This document shows positions 59,606 to 64,000 of a stretch of DNA of 64,000 bases, one piece after another. Within the stretch, counting starts at the first letter, position 1. Every line of letters begins with the position of its first letter. A model generated the notes under the pieces. The model searched no databases. It saw only the letters and a program-made list of their open reading frames with translations, and was not told the DNA's origin. Source of the DNA: Polyangiaceae bacterium (lineage in GTDB: Bacteria; Myxococcota_A; Polyangia; Polyangiales; Polyangiaceae); NCBI GenBank assembly GCA_050287085.1, contig JBNKBE010000005.1:160001-224000 (forward strand), given 5' to 3'. Made by a program: the position numbers and the translations under genes.

Positions 59606-60085
59606 GAGTTAACTCCCGACGCGCGCGCATGTGCCCGGCGCCCTAGGTTGAGCCTGGCCGTTGTGTGCGTGCCGTGGGCTCCACACCTACAGCTCACACC
59701 TCTTCATACCTAGGAGACGACTTCGTCGCTGTCAAAGGCGATCGTTAAAATGGTGCGTGGTGGCTCGCTATGAAACGAAGGCAGTCGCGGGACCCAAGAG
59801 CCCCTCCTGCCCCATGCGGATCGTTTCACAGCTTTTGCCGCTGCCGGCGTGTTGCCTTACATCAGCAAAACTAGCGATTTAGGGCCTGCTGATGAGAAGG
59901 TCAGTTGCGAGCCGGGTGAGACCGCGGCGAGCTGGACGCGGGGGGAGGTCGACGACAAAGGGCCGCACGCGTTGGATAGCATTCTCATGCTGCGCTTCTG
60001 TGCACCCATTCCGAGAGCCCGGGGGTTCGTCGTCCCGGCGTGCGCCGCGCTCTGGAGCACTCCAGCGCAGGACTCGGCGCACAGC

Positions 60086-61324
60086 TCACGCGGGTGACTG
60101 GGGCCGGAGCTCACGGATCGCCTCGTCCGCCCACTGCACAGCGTCGAGCCACGCCTCGGTGAGCGCGGTCCGCTCCCGCTCGGGTAGCTCGTGCGCTTCG
60201 TGCTCTCGGCGCATGACGCTTTCCAATAGCTCGCCACACGGGCCGGTGAAGTCCAGAATCGCACCTCGAACCTCCTCTGCCAGCGGAAGTTCGGCGAGCA
60301 GCTCCGCCATAGGAGCTCCAAGCAGCGCATCGAGCACGCTCAACAATCCAACCATGAACGACTGCGCAGCATCGGCCTGATAGCGCTTCGCCAGCAGCTC
60401 GCACATTCGCGCGCGGACCAACGCCGTGGTCACGAGCTCTGGAGGTCGATCGCAGCGCTCAGCCAACACCACCAGAACAGTCCACTTGGTGAACTCACGC
60501 AGGCCCAGCAAGGACACCGCCTGCTGAACGCTGGTCACCTCTTGGCGAAAGCCGTACGCGCTCGAATTGAGAAAGCGCAAGACGGCCACACTCAGCCCCG
60601 CATCCCGACGCACCAGGCGATCTATCTCGACAAACTCGACATTCGGATCTCTGAGCTTTGCTAGCAACTGGGTGACGACGGAAAAGCTGCTGGGGAGTTC
60701 ACGTCGCTCCAACACTTGAGGCTTGAACAAGAAATCGCCCTGGAAGAAGCGGTAGTCCATCCCCTCCGCGACTCGAACTTGAGTGGAATTGGTCAGGCCG
60801 GTGGCTACCAGCTTGACGGGAAATTCCTGAAGCAAACGCTGATGCTCTCGCAGACCCGAAACACCAACCCGCCGCACGTCAACCTTGACGTAGTCGGCAA
60901 CGTGAAGCAGCGCAATGACATCGTCAGAATAGGTGAAGTCGTCGAGAGCGATCGAAAAGCCCTCATCCTTGCGCTGAGAAAGCGACCTCGCCAGGGACGT
61001 GATGGGGTAGTCGTAGTCCCGGACCTGAAGCGTGACTCGCTGCGCCGGAATGGGCAGCGGGACGTTGCCGGCGAGGATCCCGGAACTCGCATCCAGGAAA
61101 GCGCTGTGATGGCCCACGACGCGCCGCAGTCCGAACTCAGCAAAAGCGCTCAAGATGACCGCGCTCGCTGCGTCGTCCGAAGTGGGCTGCTCAGAGTCCG
61201 GCAGGGCGTAGCTGATTTCGTAGGCGTGCACATTCAGCCGTACGTCGTACACTGCCTGCCGCGAGACCGCCGAACGAACAAGGTGAGTACTAGGCGGGGG
61301 TAGTGGCGTAGCAAGAGCAACCAT
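60086..61324 (-). CDS. EAL + HDOD domain protein (YuxH-like), probably degenerate
   Basis: SRQAVYD..YEISY, IALDDF, YVKVD, FQG.FL.KP; HDOD RDAGLS..LRFLNS, RARMCE, FMVGLLS.LDALL. Confidence 0.9.
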   Translation of the reverse strand: MVALATPLPPPSTHLVRSAVSRQAVYDVRLNVHAYEISYALPDSEQPTSDDAASAVILSAFAEFGLRRVVGHHSAFLDASSGILAGNVPLPIPAQRVTLQVRDYDYPITSLARSLSQRKDEGFSIALDDFTYSDDVIALLHVADYVKVDVRRVGVSGLREHQRLLQEFPVKLVATGLTNSTQVRVAEGMDYRFFQGDFLFKPQVLERRELPSSFSVVTQLLAKLRDPNVEFVEIDRLVRRDAGLSVAVLRFLNSSAYGFRQEVTSVQQAVSLLGLREFTKWTVLVVLAERCDRPPELVTTALVRARMCELLAKRYQADAAQSFMVGLLSVLDALLGAPMAELLAELPLAEEVRGAILDFTGPCGELLESVMRREHEAHELPERERTALTEAWLDAVQWADEAIRELRPQSPA

Positions 61325-61413
61325 CTCCCAGTGGCGAACGGCAACCGGGCGGATCCATTAATCCCCGCGCGTTCAGTCGCCGGACGTTCATGAGACTCAG
61401 GCGGGGCGCACGC

Positions 61414-61929
61414 TCACCCTGACCGACTTGGAACCACATCCGCATCCACAAACAAGGTTCTGGGTAGCCTGCGCACCAACACGACCGTGGGTCGTTGCAG
61501 CATAGGCAACGGCCATCGGCTAACCGCTTCCGACTTCACCCACAGCCTTCCGCGCTCGTCCTCTCGCACGACCACCTGGTGTTGGTATCGGCTCAGCTGC
61601 ACGCTGCGAATGAGAATCGGATGCAACTCGGCGTCCTCCGTCAGTTCCATCCCGGTTAGTTCCTCCGCCGCCGCATAGCTAATCTCGAGAAATGGCGCGT
61701 TCTCGAGCTCTCTTGCTGAGAACGCCGACATCTCGCGCGTGGTGGGCATCACCTGGGCAGCAGGCAAAGCTTCCCAGTAGCCCTCGGTTGGGGCTCCCGT
61801 GTACCAAGAGTCGGTCCGAGCAAAACGCTCTGGCTCCGGTCGCAACATGCGCAGCCCCATGACGATGAGCCCGAAGAGAATGGCCCCCAAGAGATAACGC
61901 AGGGGGCCGTGGGTCCATTGTCGCCACAT
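61414..61929 (-). CDS. Hypothetical membrane-anchored protein
   Basis: N-terminal TM; fills the gap between flanking genes on the same strand. Confidence 0.6.
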   Translation of the reverse strand: MWRQWTHGPLRYLLGAILFGLIVMGLRMLRPEPERFARTDSWYTGAPTEGYWEALPAAQVMPTTREMSAFSARELENAPFLEISYAAAEELTGMELTEDAELHPILIRSVQLSRYQHQVVVREDERGRLWVKSEAVSRWPLPMLQRPTVVLVRRLPRTLFVDADVVPSRSG

Positions 61930-62072
61930 CCACGAAGAATAGCTCGCGCCGACGGGCGAACAACTTCCTCGAGGGATAATGCAACTGCCAATGACCAGAT
62001 GCGCTGAGAGCGGACGAGCACCGTTAAGCTATTGGCGCCTGCGTGTCAGTCAACTGACGTATCCCTGGCCCG

Positions 62073-63128
62073 CTAGCGTGCCCGCCGCGTCTTGACAGAA
62101 GCAGCCAACCTCTCGAGCAATGGCGCTGTGGCATCCCAGCTCATGCACGCGTCGGTGATGCTCTGCCCATAGGTCAGCGCTGCCGGATCTGTGAGCTCCT
62201 GTCGCCCCGCAACCAGGTGGCTCTCCATCATGGTCCCAATTAGGTACGGTTGCCCAGTCGCAATCTGATCAGCCAGATTGCACGCCACCTCGGCCTGTTT
62301 GCCCACATCCTTGCTGCTGTTGGCGTGGCTACAGTCCACCATTACGTTCGGGCGGACTCCGGCCTTCTCGAGCACTTTGCCAGTGTTCGTCACCGACTCC
62401 GCGTCGAAGTTCGGGCCGTCTTTGCCTCCCCGCAATATCACGTGGCAGTGAGGGTTGCCCTTGGTGCGCACAATCGCCGCCAGGCCTTGGCTCGTGACGC
62501 CCACGAAACGGTGCGGCTGAGTGCTCGACTTGACGGCGTCACAGGCGATCTGCACGTCCCCGCTGGTCCCGTTCTTGAATCCAATGGGCGCGCTCAATCC
62601 GGACGCAAGCTCACGGTGGCTCTGGCTTTCTGTGGTACGCGCTCCGATAGCGCCCCAGCTGATCAGATCCGAGTGAAATTGGGGCGTGATGAGATCCAAG
62701 AACTCGGTTCCACAAGGCAGGCCAAGTTCATTGATGTCCAACAGAAGCCGCCGCGCGATGCGCAGTCCTTTGTTGATCTTGAAGCTGTCGTCCAGATCCG
62801 GATCGTTGATCAGCCCCTTCCATCCAACGGTGGTGCGGGGCTTTTCGAAGTACACCCGCATCACGATCACGAGCTCACCGGCAAGGGCCTGCTTGGCCTC
62901 GACGAGCTTTCTTGCGTAGTCCATCGCCGCAACCGGATCGTGAATGGAACACGGGCCTACGATGACCAGAAATTTGTCGCTGCGACCTTCCAAGACGTCA
63001 GCCACCGCACGGCGCCCCTCCGTTACCGTCTTCTCAACAGCGGCCGAGACCGGCAACTCGTCGTGCAAGATGGCTGGAGGGAGAAGCGGGCGAACACTAT
63101 CGATGCGGAGATTTCTAAGAGCAGTCAT
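62073..63128 (-). CDS. aroG: 3-deoxy-7-phosphoheptulonate (DAHP) synthase, class I-alpha (AroF/G/H type)
   Basis: GPCSIHD, RVYFEKPRTTVGWKGL, IGARTTESQ, GFKNG, DCSHANS, SITDAC. Isoenzyme type cannot be determined. Confidence 0.93.
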   Translation of the reverse strand: MTALRNLRIDSVRPLLPPAILHDELPVSAAVEKTVTEGRRAVADVLEGRSDKFLVIVGPCSIHDPVAAMDYARKLVEAKQALAGELVIVMRVYFEKPRTTVGWKGLINDPDLDDSFKINKGLRIARRLLLDINELGLPCGTEFLDLITPQFHSDLISWGAIGARTTESQSHRELASGLSAPIGFKNGTSGDVQIACDAVKSSTQPHRFVGVTSQGLAAIVRTKGNPHCHVILRGGKDGPNFDAESVTNTGKVLEKAGVRPNVMVDCSHANSSKDVGKQAEVACNLADQIATGQPYLIGTMMESHLVAGRQELTDPAALTYGQSITDACMSWDATAPLLERLAASVKTRRAR

Positions 63129-63353
63129 GATGTACCAACCCGCAGCGAGAGCGCCGGGGATCGGCGGGCTTATAGCGGCCGAAAGCGGCGAAGCCAACCC
63201 CGGGAGGGACACCGGCCCGCGGACGGACAGATCTCTCGGCTCCCCCGGCGCATCACATGCTCCACGCTCCGCATTTCGACCGAATCCGCAGCGAACCGGG
63301 GCACCAGCAGCGATCTTGGCCCGCCCGGCAGCGCCAGGGCATGAACCCAATCG

Positions 63354-64000
63354 ATGCACGCTCATCGATGTTTTGCCCGCGTCGCATTTTTGGTGCTCGC
63401 TCTCACGACCGCAGACGCCTTCGCCCGCGGCTACACCGTCAAACCAGGTGATAGCTTATGGGCCCTCGCCAAACGCTTTGGTGTCACCGTTGACGCGCTC
63501 AAGCGAGACAACAAGCTCGCCGGAGATGACATCCGCTCCGGCCAGGTCCTAGAGCTACCCTCTGCTCAGAAGTCCAGTGCTGCTCGCGCAAGAGATCGCG
63601 CCCCCATGCGAGCCGCAGCGGCATCCCCGCCCCCGGCTCCTCGCCGCGACGTCACGACTCCGCGCCCCACCCGGCAGAGCCAGGAACGAGCTGCGCAGCT
63701 CTATGCACAACACACGGCGCGCGGCGCTCCCCAGACCGCAAGCGACCCGGCGCCCTCTTGGGTGCTGACCCCACCGTCGGCTCGCACCCAAGGCTCGAAG
63801 CCACCCCAGGCGCGCGGCGGCATCAATCCATGCGCGGCGCCGGATCCGGGCTTCGGAGCCTACCAGCGTTGGGAGCAAATCGCCCCCATGGCCCACGTCC
63901 TCTTGCCTGAGAAGCCACGCTTCGAAGACGGCGGCTTCAACGTGGTCTTTCACTTTCACGGGCGAGAGCCCGCACGCAAGGAATGGGTGACGGCGATGCA
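63354..64000 (+). CDS. Secreted LysM-domain protein, partial (possible alpha/beta-hydrolase-like domain follows)
   Basis: Not in the ORF track. Manual translation: signal MHAHRCFARVAFLVLALTTADAFA, LysM YTVKPGDSLWALAKRFGVTVDALKRDN..IRSGQVLEL, later FNVVFHFHG. Confidence 0.85.
   Translation, partial: MHAHRCFARVAFLVLALTTADAFARGYTVKPGDSLWALAKRFGVTVDALKRDNKLAGDDIRSGQVLELPSAQKSSAARARDRAPMRAAAASPPPAPRRDVTTPRPTRQSQERAAQLYAQHTARGAPQTASDPAPSWVLTPPSARTQGSKPPQARGGINPCAAPDPGFGAYQRWEQIAPMAHVLLPEKPRFEDGGFNVVFHFHGREPARKEWVTAM

Noticed and set aside
62250..63344. Long antisense ORFs (364 aa here; also 36129-37049, 40268-41065, 7029-7850, 24711-25565)
   Set aside because: Shadow ORFs opposite well-supported genes, typical of high-GC codon bias; no recognisable motifs.

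Overview
GC-rich chromosomal segment, most likely from a myxobacterium (Polyangiaceae/Sorangiineae-like). This is inferred from the Cys-rich CGDG..CDDGN repeat/fibro-slime protein, the DUF1587-type lipoprotein, a MYXO-CTERM-like tail and an AgmX/PglI-type C-terminal domain. About 54 CDS; no rRNA, tRNA, CRISPR array, transposase or integrase was recognised. Housekeeping genes (deoC, purN, purM, an RpoH-family sigma factor, rsmI, ffh, rsmD, truA, dnaJ, DAHP synthase) are interleaved with signalling, surface and cell-wall genes. Highlights: (i) a compact putative ceramide/sphingolipid operon (Spt with an unusual ~190-aa N-terminal extension, GNAT ceramide synthase-like, SDR reductase); (ii) an unrecognised three-way-junction RNA candidate upstream of a MATE exporter; (iii) several apparent pseudo-enzymes (L,D-transpeptidase lacking its Cys, a degenerate class III cyclase-like protein, a degenerate methyltransferase fused to a coiled coil, degenerate HD/HDOD/EAL domains); (iv) an orphan FliI/YscN ATPase head-to-head with a DNA methyltransferase-PD-(D/E)XK nuclease pair; (v) a five-gene kinase/receiver cluster with no DNA-binding output. 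All family calls come from motif recognition by eye; no searches were run.
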